The notes: generated by a model from the sequence alone, not told the origin. 50,569 bases of DNA from Candidatus Iainarchaeum sp. (GCA_012799645.1 JAAZKV010000018.1:107519-158087); one strand, 5' to 3'. Counted from the first letter of the stretch, positions 9,662-20,361 are shown. Program-made: numbers and translations.

Positions 9662-10885
9662 ATGTTTGATGCTGAAAAAAAAATTTGGGAAGTTATAATT
9701 GTTGGAGCGGGCCCTGCTGGACTTGCTGCTGCTACCGAAATGGCGAAAGCAAAAACAAGCGTGCTTGTTCTTGATAGAAAACAAGAAATTGGTTGCCCAA
9801 AAAGATGTGCTGAAGGGTTAGGGAATGGTTGGTTTAAAAGATTAAAACTTAAACCAAAAAAAGAATGGGCTGTGCAAGAAATAAAAGGAGCACAACTTTA
9901 CTCACCGAACGGAAAGAGCGTGAAAATGAAAAAAAAGAAAGTGCTAGGGTATGTGCTTGAAAGAAAAATGTTTGAAAAAGATTTAGCTATTAATGCAGTA
10001 AAATTAGGAGCAAAAATTTTGATGAAACACCAAGTAGTGAATGCTACAAGAGAAAATGGGTTAGTAAAACTTGAAGTGGAAGTAAATGACTCAAAAAAAT
10101 ATTTCCAAACAAAAATGATAATTGCTTGTGACGGAATTGATTCAAAAGTAGCAAGAATGCTAGGACTAAACACAAAAAATAATCTAAAAGACACTGATGC
10201 AGGATACCAATACGAAATGACAGGAATCACAGGGTATGATGAAAACCTACTACACTTATATTTCGGAACAGATGTTGCTCCAAGAGGATACATTTGGATA
10301 TTCCCAAAAAGAAACAAAACAGCGAATGTAGGAATAGGAATAGGAGCATACGAAGAAAAAACAGCAAAATACTACTTAGACAAGTGGATAGCAAATCAAG
10401 AAGGATTAAAGAACGGAAGCATAATTGAAGTGAATGCCGGAGGAATACCAGTAGGGGGGTTCCTTGACAAAATGACTGCGGACAATTTATTAGTTGCAGG
10501 AGATGCGGGACACATGGTTGACCCAATTCACGGAGGAGGAATTGGAATCGCTATGGAAGGAGGAAAACTCGCAGCAAAACACGCACTAACAGCAATAAAG
10601 AAAAAAGATTATAGCGACAAACAACTAAACGCCTACACAAAAGATTGGTTTAGTTCAAGAGGAAAAGAACTAATGAGAAGATTAAAAGGAAGACACTTAT
10701 TAGAACAACTAAGTAATGATGATTTCAATTACCTAGCAGAAAGTATAACAATGGACGAAGCACTAAAAATAGGAAACGGAACACTAACAGCAAAAGACAA
10801 AGTAGTGCTAGGAACAAAAAAACTAATCAAACGACCAGGATTACTAAAAATAATGATGAAATACTTTAATGACAAAACAGAGTAA
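9662..10885 (+). CDS. Digeranylgeranylglycerophospholipid (geranylgeranyl) reductase
   Basis: GAGPAG FAD motif, PKRCAEG, PRGYIWIFPK, GDAGHMVDPIHGGGI. Confidence 0.92.
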   Translation: MFDAEKKIWEVIIVGAGPAGLAAATEMAKAKTSVLVLDRKQEIGCPKRCAEGLGNGWFKRLKLKPKKEWAVQEIKGAQLYSPNGKSVKMKKKKVLGYVLERKMFEKDLAINAVKLGAKILMKHQVVNATRENGLVKLEVEVNDSKKYFQTKMIIACDGIDSKVARMLGLNTKNNLKDTDAGYQYEMTGITGYDENLLHLYFGTDVAPRGYIWIFPKRNKTANVGIGIGAYEEKTAKYYLDKWIANQEGLKNGSIIEVNAGGIPVGGFLDKMTADNLLVAGDAGHMVDPIHGGGIGIAMEGGKLAAKHALTAIKKKDYSDKQLNAYTKDWFSSRGKELMRRLKGRHLLEQLSNDDFNYLAESITMDEALKIGNGTLTAKDKVVLGTKKLIKRPGLLKIMMKYFNDKTE

Positions 10886-11094
10886 CAAAAAAAATACACA
10901 AACAAAAAAATACACAATTAAACAAAATAACAGAATTAAAAAAACCAAAACAATTTAACAAACACGGGACACGCGGCCCACCCCCCAACACAACTCCAAA
11001 AACTCACTAATTAAATAAACTTCTAAATAAAAAATAATTAAAAAAAATATGCAATAATTATATACAATAATCAAAAAAAAACAAAGTGAAAAAT

Positions 11095-12198
11095 ATGGAA
11101 AAAACAATTACTGAAAAAAATATTACTCTAAGTAATCTTGCGTTAAATCACTTAGTGGAAGAGTTACAAATACTAAAAAACGGGTTTGTTAATAATGTTC
11201 AAACAACTAGTGAAGGATTATTGAAAATGAAGATTCACACAAAAGAGGGTGGAAAAAATTTACTAATTTTGCCAAATTATTTATTCATTAGTGAAAAAAG
11301 TGTTCCAGCAAAACAAAACCCGGGAGGATTTTCAGCACTACTAAAAAAATACTTAAACAATCAAAGAATTATTTCCTTAACCCAAAAAGGAATTGATAGA
11401 ATAATTATTTTTGAGTTCCCTGAAAAACTTTTAATTGTTGAAGTGTTTGCTAAAGGAAATATTGTGTTGTGTGAAAAAAATTACAAAATCATTAAAGCAA
11501 TGAAAAAAGAACAATGGAAGGATAGGAAATTAGAAAAAGAAGAAATTTACAAATTCCCAAGTTCAAAAGGAACAAACCCTTTGGAAGAAAATAATGAAAA
11601 TTTTTATACAAAATTAAAAGAAAACAAAAAAACATTATTCGGAGCAACCGTTGATGAATTAAATGTTTTCCCTGCACTCCTTGAAAAAGTTTTTTTTGAA
11701 CTAAAACTAGAAAAAAAAATGAATGCAAAAGAAATAACCGAAAAAAATTCAAAAAAATTATTGGAAAAAATAAAAGAACAATACCACTCTCCTCCAATCA
11801 AACCATATCTCAACCAAAATAGTATTTACACAATTGAACTTGGATTGGAAAAAGAAAAAGAATTTGAAAATTTAAACAAAGCACTAAATGAAATAACTTT
11901 TAATAAAAAAGAAAACAAAACGCGAAACGAAATTATTACAAAAAAAGAAAACAAAAAAGAAAAAACCCAAATCATTCTTGAAACAATTGCAAAAAAAGAA
12001 ATAGAAGAAAAAGAAATGAAACAAAAAGGAGACAATATTTATTTACATTATTCAGAAATTAGTGAACTAATTGAAACAATAAAAAAAGGAAAAAAGAAAG
12101 GGCTAAGTGATAAAGAAATAATGGAAAAAATAAATTCCATCAAACCTATCATAATAGCTCTCAATATTGAAAAGAAGCAACTCAAGGTTAGGTTTTAG
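11095..12198 (+). CDS. rqcH: NFACT/Rqc2 (RqcH) family protein, N-terminal half only
   Basis: FSALLKKYL, QKGIDRIIIFEF, VEVFAKGNIVL, WKDRKL..YKFP, KGDNIYLHY; no NFACT-R domain. Confidence 0.8.
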   Translation: MEKTITEKNITLSNLALNHLVEELQILKNGFVNNVQTTSEGLLKMKIHTKEGGKNLLILPNYLFISEKSVPAKQNPGGFSALLKKYLNNQRIISLTQKGIDRIIIFEFPEKLLIVEVFAKGNIVLCEKNYKIIKAMKKEQWKDRKLEKEEIYKFPSSKGTNPLEENNENFYTKLKENKKTLFGATVDELNVFPALLEKVFFELKLEKKMNAKEITEKNSKKLLEKIKEQYHSPPIKPYLNQNSIYTIELGLEKEKEFENLNKALNEITFNKKENKTRNEIITKKENKKEKTQIILETIAKKEIEEKEMKQKGDNIYLHYSEISELIETIKKGKKKGLSDKEIMEKINSIKPIIIALNIEKKQLKVRF

Positions 12199-12205
12199 AA
12201 AGAAT

Positions 12206-12481
12206 TTAATCTCTCTTAGAAACATCTTCAAGTAATTCTCTTTCATCAACAATGAAAACATCACTAACCGCAGTTACTGCTGCGTAAGGGATTTCAATTA
12301 CTTTTCCTACTTTGCCTAATTTTGATAACAATCTTGAGCTTCTGTCTACTTCAACAACTAAGAACTCTATGTCACCGCCAACTTCAGAAACGATAATGTC
12401 GGATAATTTTCCAACCTCATCCCCTCTATTGGTGATTACTCTTTTTGATGCAAGTTGTCTTGCGATTGTGTATTTGTACAT
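12206..12481 (-). CDS. PRC-barrel domain protein (CdpB-like)
   Basis: LASKRVITNRGDEVGKLSDIIV..IPYAAVTAVSDVFIVD; GGTGA SD before ATG 12481. Confidence 0.88.
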   Translation of the reverse strand: MYKYTIARQLASKRVITNRGDEVGKLSDIIVSEVGGDIEFLVVEVDRSSRLLSKLGKVGKVIEIPYAAVTAVSDVFIVDERELLEDVSKRD

Positions 12482-12767
12482 ATTTTTTTCACCTATAAAA
12501 ATTACTAATAGAAATAGAATTGCTTTCATATTTATAAACATTTCCTATACGGAAAATAAACAAAAATTTGTTATGTTTAATTCAAAAAAATTTTTAATTT
12601 AAAAAAAATAAAAAAATAACAAAAAAACCTGTTATGTATACAACAACTATTTTTTGTAAAAAAACCAAAAAAAACAAAATTTTGGAGAAACCCCAAATAA
12701 GTAATTTGTTTTTTCAAATAAAAGGATAGGTTTTTTAACTAGTAAAAATAAGTTGTTATTGATTGTT

Positions 12768-13067
12768 ATGTCTTTAAAAAATCCTAACGATGAATATGAT
12801 GAATTGTTTCAAGATAAACCAAAATTGTTTAATTTTAATACAAAAAAACTTCAACCATTTGTAATCATTTTAATCGTTGGAATTTTAGTAGGAATTTTTA
12901 TTACTACCCAATTCATCAACCCACTATTAAATAATACAAATAATAATTCAAATTGTTCAACACACATCAAAACTAACGAAATTTTGAACAAAGAAAACAC
13001 TTGTTTATATGAACTCTTGGATAATTCAAAAGATATTAGTAAATGTGTTGCCAATAAATCCAACTAA
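12768..13067 (+). CDS. Small single-pass membrane protein
   Basis: TM segment FVIILIVGILVGIFI followed by a Cys-containing tail. Confidence 0.7.
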   Translation: MSLKNPNDEYDELFQDKPKLFNFNTKKLQPFVIILIVGILVGIFITTQFINPLLNNTNNNSNCSTHIKTNEILNKENTCLYELLDNSKDISKCVANKSN

Positions 13068-13234
13068 ACCCCTCAAAATTAAACTTCAATTAAACGCAAA
13101 TTAAATTCCAATTAAACTTTCAATTAAACCCTAATTAAATTCAAATTAAACCATTAATTAAAAAACAAAAAATGTTCTCGGCAATTGACTAATTCTTGTG
13201 AAGATTTTTAAATAACTCTAAAAAAAATTTTTTA

Positions 13235-16200
13235 ATGAAACATTTTTTCAAAATCAGTTTAATAATTGTTCTACTATTTTCAACAATATTTTTTTCTGGT
13301 TGTGGAGAAATGACTCGGACAGAAAAAACTCTTTGTTATAATTTAACAAGTAAAAGTTTTGCATACATCCCTAATTGTGAAACTGAAAATAGTTGTTATG
13401 AAAAAGTAAGTGAAATGTTTAACACTGATCTTGGGTATGAACAAGAAATTGAAATGTATAAATTAAAAAATAGTTTAGCGAGGAGTTGGTTTTATTATAA
13501 TAAAGCAATTAAAGAAATGAAAAAAGCTCCAGAGTATTGTTTGAATGATGAGGGAGGAAAATTAAGCAGTGCAATAAATCAAACTTCCCAATACCTTGAT
13601 TATTCCTTTATTGAACTTGATGAAGCAATAAAGAAAAGTTTTGAAATAGTGATAAATGAAGAAAAATTACTCACAGTGCAAGAAATAGATTTGGTGAAAG
13701 AAGAGGAATTATTTGATTCATTGATTGAATTAAGACAAATTAGTTCAGAAATTGATTCAGGACCAACAAATAGCGGAACTTATTATTCTTATTATTATGA
13801 AAGAGTAAAGGAATTCAACACACTTGGGATACGAAAAGGGTTTGGTCAATTAATTGAAGAGGATTCAATAACAATAAAAATAGGTAGAGAAATTGGAAAA
13901 GAAGTTTACACCGGATTTGATTTTAAAGAAATTAAAATTCCTTTCATAGGGACAAGTTCCAAAAATATACAAGAAACAATAGAAAATATTTTGTTTAATA
14001 AACAAAATTTAAGAGAACTTGAAAGATTCCCACTCCACGAATTTACTTTACTATACTCCACTGTTGGGGGAGCAAATAATTCAGCAATAAAAAGATTTAG
14101 TGATTTAGTAAAAAGAATTAGTGTTACTAAGAAAAAAACCCAAAACAATTTAACAAATACTTGGAAAAATATTGAAATTGAAAAGAAAAAACTAAACGAA
14201 CTAAAATCTAATCTAAAAATTATTCAAAAATATTCATTGATTCGAGAAGAATTATTGCCTCAAGAAATCAGTGGAGAAAAGAAAATTGATGAAATAATTA
14301 ATATCATTGAAAATGAATACATTAATTTAAAAAAAGAAAAAAATTCATCAAAACTCACTCTTGGGGCAGAACTTTCTCGCGCCAAAAATCTTTACGAAAA
14401 TTTGGTGACCACAAACAACAAACTTGATTTTGAAAATAGTTCGGAATTAAAAAAAATGGAAGAAAAGTGTGATAAAAAAGCAATAGAAATTGCTTCAACC
14501 CCGCTCGGGTTAAGTTCCCTTGAAAGCATTTATTCAGAACAAATATTTTATTCAAAAAAAGTCACTTCAACAAAGAATGAAGAAAAATTAAATTATTGTG
14601 TGGAAATGATAAAAACAAACAAAGAATATGTTTTGGGTTTAACTGATTATGAACAATTAGAAACACAAAAAACGAATGAAATTAGGGAATGTTTTGAACA
14701 TTTAGAAAACATTTTCAACCAAATCAATATTCCTCAATTAGAAAATTTGTTTGAAAATTTAAAAAAAGAAAAAGTGACAAGTGAAAACATTATTTATTTT
14801 TATGAATCTTGTAATTCAATAAAAACCCAAGCGGAGAATGAATTAAAATCAAACCCAGAAATAAAAGAACTCCTGAATGAATACAAAAAAACTAATGTAT
14901 TAAAAGAAAAAATAAGAACAATGAAAGAAAATTTCGTTGAAAATGTAGAAGAACTTGAAACCAAATCAAAAACATTTGATAATTATTTCAATAAAGAAAA
15001 TTTAATAGAATTGTATTCAATAAAAAATGAATTATTGAATAAAATTAAAAAAAACAATAATGAAATTGAAAAATTAATTGAAACAAAACTCATTAATTAT
15101 TTTAAAAATAACTACCAATTAGTGATTTTATCAAACACAATTCCTACAACAAACGAGGATATTAATTCTACAGTGCGAGTAAATATCAATAATCCTTTTT
15201 GGGAAATTAACACCCCTTTTAGTATAGAAATAAAACAACCCCTAACTTTAACTAAACCCAATTCTTGTTTAACAAATTACATTAGTGGAGAAAAAACAAC
15301 AATTTTTTTTAATTGTCTTGATTTTGGGAACAATACTTTGGATTTTTTTTCAAAATTTATAATAAACACTGTGGAGAAAGAAAAAATAATATACGCAACC
15401 ACTGATATGAGTTTGATTCAAAAAAATATTAAATTAATAACCGAAAGCACTTTTCCAAAATTATTAATTACTACAAACAAAAACGAAAAAATCAACATTA
15501 TTGTTGATGATAAAGAAATTGATTATTTTTTTGAGGACAATAAATTAAAATTTTATATTGAAAATGCATCAAACAAATCAAACATTAATGTTTATTATTA
15601 TCTAAAAAATTTGATCAGCGAACAAACTGATTTAATTTCGGAAAAAGAAATGGGGACAAGTAAAGAATTTACTTACAAATCAATTGTAAAAAATAATTAT
15701 GAAAAAGAACTAATTGGAACAATAATTTTCCCCATACACATAAATAATTTTGTGAACAATATTGAAATTTATGATGACAAAAAAATCCAGAAAAAAAATG
15801 AAGTGATTGATAAGAAACTTGTACTAAAAAACATTGATTTTTTAGCAAAAGAAGAAAAAAACTTTTTGATCAAAATAACTATTTCAAACAAATATGAATA
15901 TTATTTTGATACACTTAATTCCATAAAAAACGAATTAATTACATACGGAGAAACTAAACTTGTTGAAGAAATAAATAAAACATTAGAGAAAATTGAATTA
16001 ATTGAAGAGAAAGAAATACAAAATTTAATAAAAAAAGCAGAAAACGAATTAAATAATTTAAAAGAAAAATTTGAAGAGGAACAAAACCTAAATTTAATTA
16101 AAGAAAACCTAATTGAAGAAATAAAAAAGTATGAAGAAAAAATAAATGATTTAGAAAAATATGGGTTGATTGAAGAAAAAGAATTATTGTTAAAAAGAAT

Positions 16201-17047
16201 TGATTTGGCCAAAACTTTACTCGAATCAACAAAAAGAAATGATATTTTGAAAGGAATAAGTTTGTTACAAAATGAACCTCTTTCAATTAGTGAAGAAATA
16301 AAAAAAGAAGCGGAAAAATTATTCAAAATAGTAAAAGAAAGTGCAGGAAAAGATAATGTGTTAATTAAACTAGCACAAGCTTTTTTTAATAAAAAAGAAG
16401 AATTTGATGAGTGGAAAGAAATTGATTTAATAAAATCAAAAGAAATATTTTTAGAACTAAAAAATTTGTACACAAAATATTTTGAGGATAAAAATAAATT
16501 ATGGACAAATTTAGATCCAAACAAGAGTGAAAAAATATCAAATATGCTAAAAGAGTGCAGCGAATATTTAGATTTTCTTGAACGAGAATTATCCATTGAT
16601 GAAAGTGAATTAATCAAAGCAAAATTTATTCAACCAATCACTCTTTCTAGAATAAAAAAACTAAAATTGGAACTTGTAGAAATAGAAAATGCTCCTAACT
16701 CTATTGAAAAGGAAGAGAAAGTGTTTGAAATTAGAGGGGAACTAAAAGCAGCAGTGGATTCAATAAAAAAACAAACAATTAATTTATTCAATAAATCAAT
16801 TGATGATAAAGTTGAAGAAGGAGTGTTGAGTAGGGCAAAAAATTATATTGATTCTAACAAATTCATTTTAGCATTTTTATCTCTAAAAAACACTACGACA
16901 AAAAATAATGGATTGGCTCCTTTTATGGGCCTAATTCCTATTGGAGTTATTGTAATTTTGGCTTTAATTTTGAAAAAAATATTGAAGAAAAAAGAAAGTG
17001 AAGAAAATAATAACAAAAAAATTGTTTTACAAGAGTGGGAAAATTAA
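13235..17047 (+). CDS. Large (1270 aa) predicted lipoprotein / surface protein with coiled coils and C-terminal TM anchor
   Basis: Signal plus lipobox IFFSGC; helical and beta-rich segments; C-terminal FMGLIPIGVIVILALIL followed by a basic tail. Confidence 0.85.
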   Translation: MKHFFKISLIIVLLFSTIFFSGCGEMTRTEKTLCYNLTSKSFAYIPNCETENSCYEKVSEMFNTDLGYEQEIEMYKLKNSLARSWFYYNKAIKEMKKAPEYCLNDEGGKLSSAINQTSQYLDYSFIELDEAIKKSFEIVINEEKLLTVQEIDLVKEEELFDSLIELRQISSEIDSGPTNSGTYYSYYYERVKEFNTLGIRKGFGQLIEEDSITIKIGREIGKEVYTGFDFKEIKIPFIGTSSKNIQETIENILFNKQNLRELERFPLHEFTLLYSTVGGANNSAIKRFSDLVKRISVTKKKTQNNLTNTWKNIEIEKKKLNELKSNLKIIQKYSLIREELLPQEISGEKKIDEIINIIENEYINLKKEKNSSKLTLGAELSRAKNLYENLVTTNNKLDFENSSELKKMEEKCDKKAIEIASTPLGLSSLESIYSEQIFYSKKVTSTKNEEKLNYCVEMIKTNKEYVLGLTDYEQLETQKTNEIRECFEHLENIFNQINIPQLENLFENLKKEKVTSENIIYFYESCNSIKTQAENELKSNPEIKELLNEYKKTNVLKEKIRTMKENFVENVEELETKSKTFDNYFNKENLIELYSIKNELLNKIKKNNNEIEKLIETKLINYFKNNYQLVILSNTIPTTNEDINSTVRVNINNPFWEINTPFSIEIKQPLTLTKPNSCLTNYISGEKTTIFFNCLDFGNNTLDFFSKFIINTVEKEKIIYATTDMSLIQKNIKLITESTFPKLLITTNKNEKINIIVDDKEIDYFFEDNKLKFYIENASNKSNINVYYYLKNLISEQTDLISEKEMGTSKEFTYKSIVKNNYEKELIGTIIFPIHINNFVNNIEIYDDKKIQKKNEVIDKKLVLKNIDFLAKEEKNFLIKITISNKYEYYFDTLNSIKNELITYGETKLVEEINKTLEKIELIEEKEIQNLIKKAENELNNLKEKFEEEQNLNLIKENLIEEIKKYEEKINDLEKYGLIEEKELLLKRIDLAKTLLESTKRNDILKGISLLQNEPLSISEEIKKEAEKLFKIVKESAGKDNVLIKLAQAFFNKKEEFDEWKEIDLIKSKEIFLELKNLYTKYFEDKNKLWTNLDPNKSEKISNMLKECSEYLDFLERELSIDESELIKAKFIQPITLSRIKKLKLELVEIENAPNSIEKEEKVFEIRGELKAAVDSIKKQTINLFNKSIDDKVEEGVLSRAKNYIDSNKFILAFLSLKNTTTKNNGLAPFMGLIPIGVIVILALILKKILKKKESEENNNKKIVLQEWEN

Positions 17048-17250
17048 TTAAAAAAAATAAATTAAAAACAAAAACAAAAAAAAATAAAAAAACTATTACA
17101 AACAAAAAATAATTAAAATTAAAAAAACAAAACAACAAAAATAATTAAAATTAAAAAATCATCAAAAAGAAAAAAATAATTAAAAAAATTATTTATTTTT
17201 TAATTTGTTCAATTTTTAATTTGATCAATTTGTTGCTCAATTTTTATTAT

Positions 17251-18405
17251 TCAATTTTTTGTATTAATTACAAAAAACACTATTGCGGCACAAATTACTC
17301 CAAATACTGCTAAGATTATTGCTAGTGACCAATCATCATTTTTTACTGAATATGAAACACTGTTTGAAAAGTAAGTATTGTTTGTATCTTTTATAGTTGC
17401 TGAAAAATTGTATTTTCCTGGAAGTAATTTATTTGTTAATAGAACTATTTCTTTAGTTGCTTTTGGGCCTAATTGAATTTCTTGGGTTGAGGAAACAATC
17501 AAATCTTTTGGATTTATTATTAATTCTCCTTCAAAAGGTTCGTCCCAATTGTTTTCCACCAAAATAACTAATTTTAGTTTATCATCCATTTCAAAAGAGG
17601 TTAGGTTTAGTTTGATTTGTTTTGGGTCAAGCACTGAAAGTTGTGGGTGTTCACTAGCTATTATTTGTTCTTCACCAAATATATTAGTAAATTTAACTAT
17701 TGATGAGGGCAAGTTGTAACCACTGATTTTTCCAGGGATTATTGAAAAATTAAATTCTTGTACCTCTCCTGCTTTTATTACTCCGCTTGCACTACTACTC
17801 CCATCAATTATGTCAAAACTTGTAATATTTAGTAATGTTCGTAAATCCTTACTAACAAATTGAACAAAATAATTTGTATCCATTGATCCTGTGTTTTTTA
17901 AAAAAATTTTCATGTGTGCTTTTTCTCCCAAAATAATTGATTTGGGCGCAGTGGTTTTTATTTCCAAAACAGGAGTATCATAAAGACCAATATAAGATGA
18001 AGTTAGTAATTCAGTTCGTTCAGAATTTCCTCCTGAAATTAAACAAATCTCTAAATCAGTTTTTTGTTTCGCAAGAGCCGGAACAAACACTCGGGCATAC
18101 CCATTATCAGAAAAATTTTCTGGCCAAATCACTATTTCTTTCATTTCGTTTATCTTTACACTCACAAAAGAACTATTTGCTTTTGCTCCTTCAAATTTAG
18201 CATTTAGTGACAAAATCCCATTTCCTGTTTCGTTGAGTTCAACAATATCAATTGAAAGAGGAACACACTCTTTTTTTGATTCACCCTCTAAAATTATTCC
18301 TTTAAAACCAAAATCTTCCAAAGGTGCTTGGTAAGCTATTACAAAATTTGCTAAAAAAAGAAACAAAAAAATTAAAGTGAAAAATTTAATTAATCTATTT
18401 GTCAT
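17251..18405 (-). CDS. Secreted Ig-like (CARDB/BatD-like) membrane-anchored protein
   Basis: Signal peptide, LKNTGS, GYNLPS..FTNIFGE, C-terminal TM; GGTGA SD. Confidence 0.8.
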   Translation of the reverse strand: MTNRLIKFFTLIFLFLFLANFVIAYQAPLEDFGFKGIILEGESKKECVPLSIDIVELNETGNGILSLNAKFEGAKANSSFVSVKINEMKEIVIWPENFSDNGYARVFVPALAKQKTDLEICLISGGNSERTELLTSSYIGLYDTPVLEIKTTAPKSIILGEKAHMKIFLKNTGSMDTNYFVQFVSKDLRTLLNITSFDIIDGSSSASGVIKAGEVQEFNFSIIPGKISGYNLPSSIVKFTNIFGEEQIIASEHPQLSVLDPKQIKLNLTSFEMDDKLKLVILVENNWDEPFEGELIINPKDLIVSSTQEIQLGPKATKEIVLLTNKLLPGKYNFSATIKDTNNTYFSNSVSYSVKNDDWSLAIILAVFGVICAAIVFFVINTKN

Positions 18406-18608
18406 AATTTCACCCAAAACTATTCTCTCAAAAACATAAACCAAAAACATAACTCAAAAACATAAACCAAAAATACAAATTATTTTTATTACCCTTTTTT
18501 ACAATCTTTTTTATGTTCTTTTTTATGTTCTTTTTTTATTATGCTTTTATTCTTATTATTAATAAAATATCATTTAGTGAAATAAGTTTAAAACCTTGAT
18601 TGGAGGGC

Positions 18609-19085
18609 TCATTTTTGGGAATTAACCAAAAATAGTGCTTCTGCTAGTGTTAAAGCGGGGTTATTTTTTGATTCAATTATGTGAAATTTTTTATAATTCT
18701 TTTTTAGTTTTTTGTGACAGTATTCTATTCCTTCACAAAAAACATTATCCATTATTTTAAGATCCGCGTAATTTCTTTGTTCAAGACGAAGTTGGAGTTC
18801 TTCCGGATCAATTTTTATTAAAATCACTAAATCGACAAGTAATTTCATTTCGCAAAGGGTGTGGCCTTCAATTATTATGTTTTTTTTTGTTTTTAAAAAA
18901 TTGTTCATTTTTTTTTCAAACAATTTTATTGGAATCTCTAATTCGTTTTCTTCATTAAACTCGCCAATAGAGTTTTTTAGAGCAAAATCTTTTTCATTTA
19001 TGCACTCAAATTTTAGTTTTTTTGCTAATCCTTTTGCAAGAGTGGTTTTTCCACAACCTGGAGTGCCTGTTATTAGTATTTTCAT
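18609..19085 (-). CDS. Adenylate kinase, AK6/Fap7 family
   Basis: ITGTPGCGKTT, IIEGH, LRLEQRNY..KIMDN. Confidence 0.88.
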   Translation of the reverse strand: MKILITGTPGCGKTTLAKGLAKKLKFECINEKDFALKNSIGEFNEENELEIPIKLFEKKMNNFLKTKKNIIIEGHTLCEMKLLVDLVILIKIDPEELQLRLEQRNYADLKIMDNVFCEGIEYCHKKLKKNYKKFHIIESKNNPALTLAEALFLVNSQK

Positions 19086-19228
19086 AAATAAAATATTTTG
19101 AAAAAAGAATAAAAATAGATAAAGTGTGTTAAAATATTAAAAACTTAATAAAATATTAAAACTGTGTTAAAAAAATGTGTTAAAATATATTGTTTTTTGC
19201 AGAAATGCAAAACAATTAATTAGGATTT

Positions 19229-19354
19229 TCATAATTTTGCTTCAATAGATAATTTTTTTTGAAATGCTATGCAATCATCAGCTAAGCACTTCCCACCCTC
19301 TTCTAATAATTTTGAAAGCAAAATCACTCTATCACAAACAATATCAGAAGGCAT
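19229..19354 (-). CDS. Possible small Cys-containing protein (41 aa)
   Basis: MPSDIVCDRVILLSKLLEEGGKCLADDCIAFQKKLSIEAKL; higher GC than flanks; TTTATATA box about 35 nt upstream. Confidence 0.4.
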   Translation of the reverse strand: MPSDIVCDRVILLSKLLEEGGKCLADDCIAFQKKLSIEAKL

Positions 19355-19553
19355 TTTTCAACACTAATCAATAGGATGAATTATCTTATATAAAAAGGTT
19401 GTGTACAAAAATATGTGAAAAAAAATTTTTGGGAAAAAATAACTAAAAAAAGTGAATATGTTTGTGAATATGTTTTATTGAGAATTATTTTTAACAAAAA
19501 TGGGTTTCTAATCTATTTTGCGTCATTATTTTGGATAATTTGTTGTATAGAAC

Positions 19554-20171
19554 TCATTTTACGTGTAAAATGTATTCCATTAAACTTGAATATAATAGTT
19601 CAAATGTGAATTCTTCTTCACAGTATTTTTTGATTTTATCATAATTCTTTTTTAAATAATATTTAGAAACATCTTTTCCAGTATCCTCTTTTATTGGAAT
19701 ATCAAAGTATGAATTTATTGCTTTTTGAGAAATGCACCTAAAATCGTTCGCTTCTTTTGTTTTTTCTGACACCGTCATTCCAATTTGGGCCAAATCCACG
19801 TGTCGAGGAAGAGAGATTAGGAAATCAAAAATCTCTTTTTCTTGAGCAATTTTGTGAAAAGACATTCTTGCCATTAAATAATTCAAATCATAAGCTAAAT
19901 GATTGAACCCAATCATTTTCAAATTAGGATCTGATAAATAAATTCTTTTCAAAGTAGAAAAAAATTGTGCTAAAAGTTCTTTTTCTCCTCCCAACTCCCA
20001 CTCAAAAAGAAAAGTGGGTTTTTTTACTTGGTGGTCCAAAGGATAAGTATTTTGAGGATAATAATTATAAGAAATAACAATTACTTTGCTATTTTTGTAA
20101 AATGGGTTTAAACCTGAACGTTCTTCTTCCGGATCAACAAAGGATTCTATATCAAAAAACAAATAACCCAT
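19554..20171 (-). CDS. Stand-alone RNase H-like 3'-5' exonuclease (DEDD, PolB-exo-like)
   Basis: ExoI FFDIES, ExoII IGFNHLAYDL, ExoIII-like KYCEEE. Confidence 0.8.
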   Translation of the reverse strand: MGYLFFDIESFVDPEEERSGLNPFYKNSKVIVISYNYYPQNTYPLDHQVKKPTFLFEWELGGEKELLAQFFSTLKRIYLSDPNLKMIGFNHLAYDLNYLMARMSFHKIAQEKEIFDFLISLPRHVDLAQIGMTVSEKTKEANDFRCISQKAINSYFDIPIKEDTGKDVSKYYLKKNYDKIKKYCEEEFTFELLYSSLMEYILHVK

Positions 20172-20197
20172 ACTAAATACTAAACAAAGGAAAATAA

Positions 20198-20236
20198 TTT
20201 AATGGTAAGTTTTAATGGTAAGTTTTAATGGTTAGT
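20198..20236. repeat. 13-bp tandem repeat x3 (TTTAATGGTAAGT) in the divergent exonuclease/SSB spacer
   Basis: tttaatggtaagt tttaatggtaagt tttaatggttagt. Confidence 0.85.
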
Positions 20237-20361
20237 TTTGAAGAATTATTGAAGCGGAGCAATAGAGCAAAATTGTGCAAAAATTATGAAAAAATTATGA
20301 AAAATTAAGAAAAGTGAATGTTATATTAATTGTTTGGAAAAGTATTTTTTTGAGGGATATT

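Noticed and set aside
10962-10997. GC-rich patch after GGR as a possible ncRNA
   Set aside because: Too short and no convincing stem.
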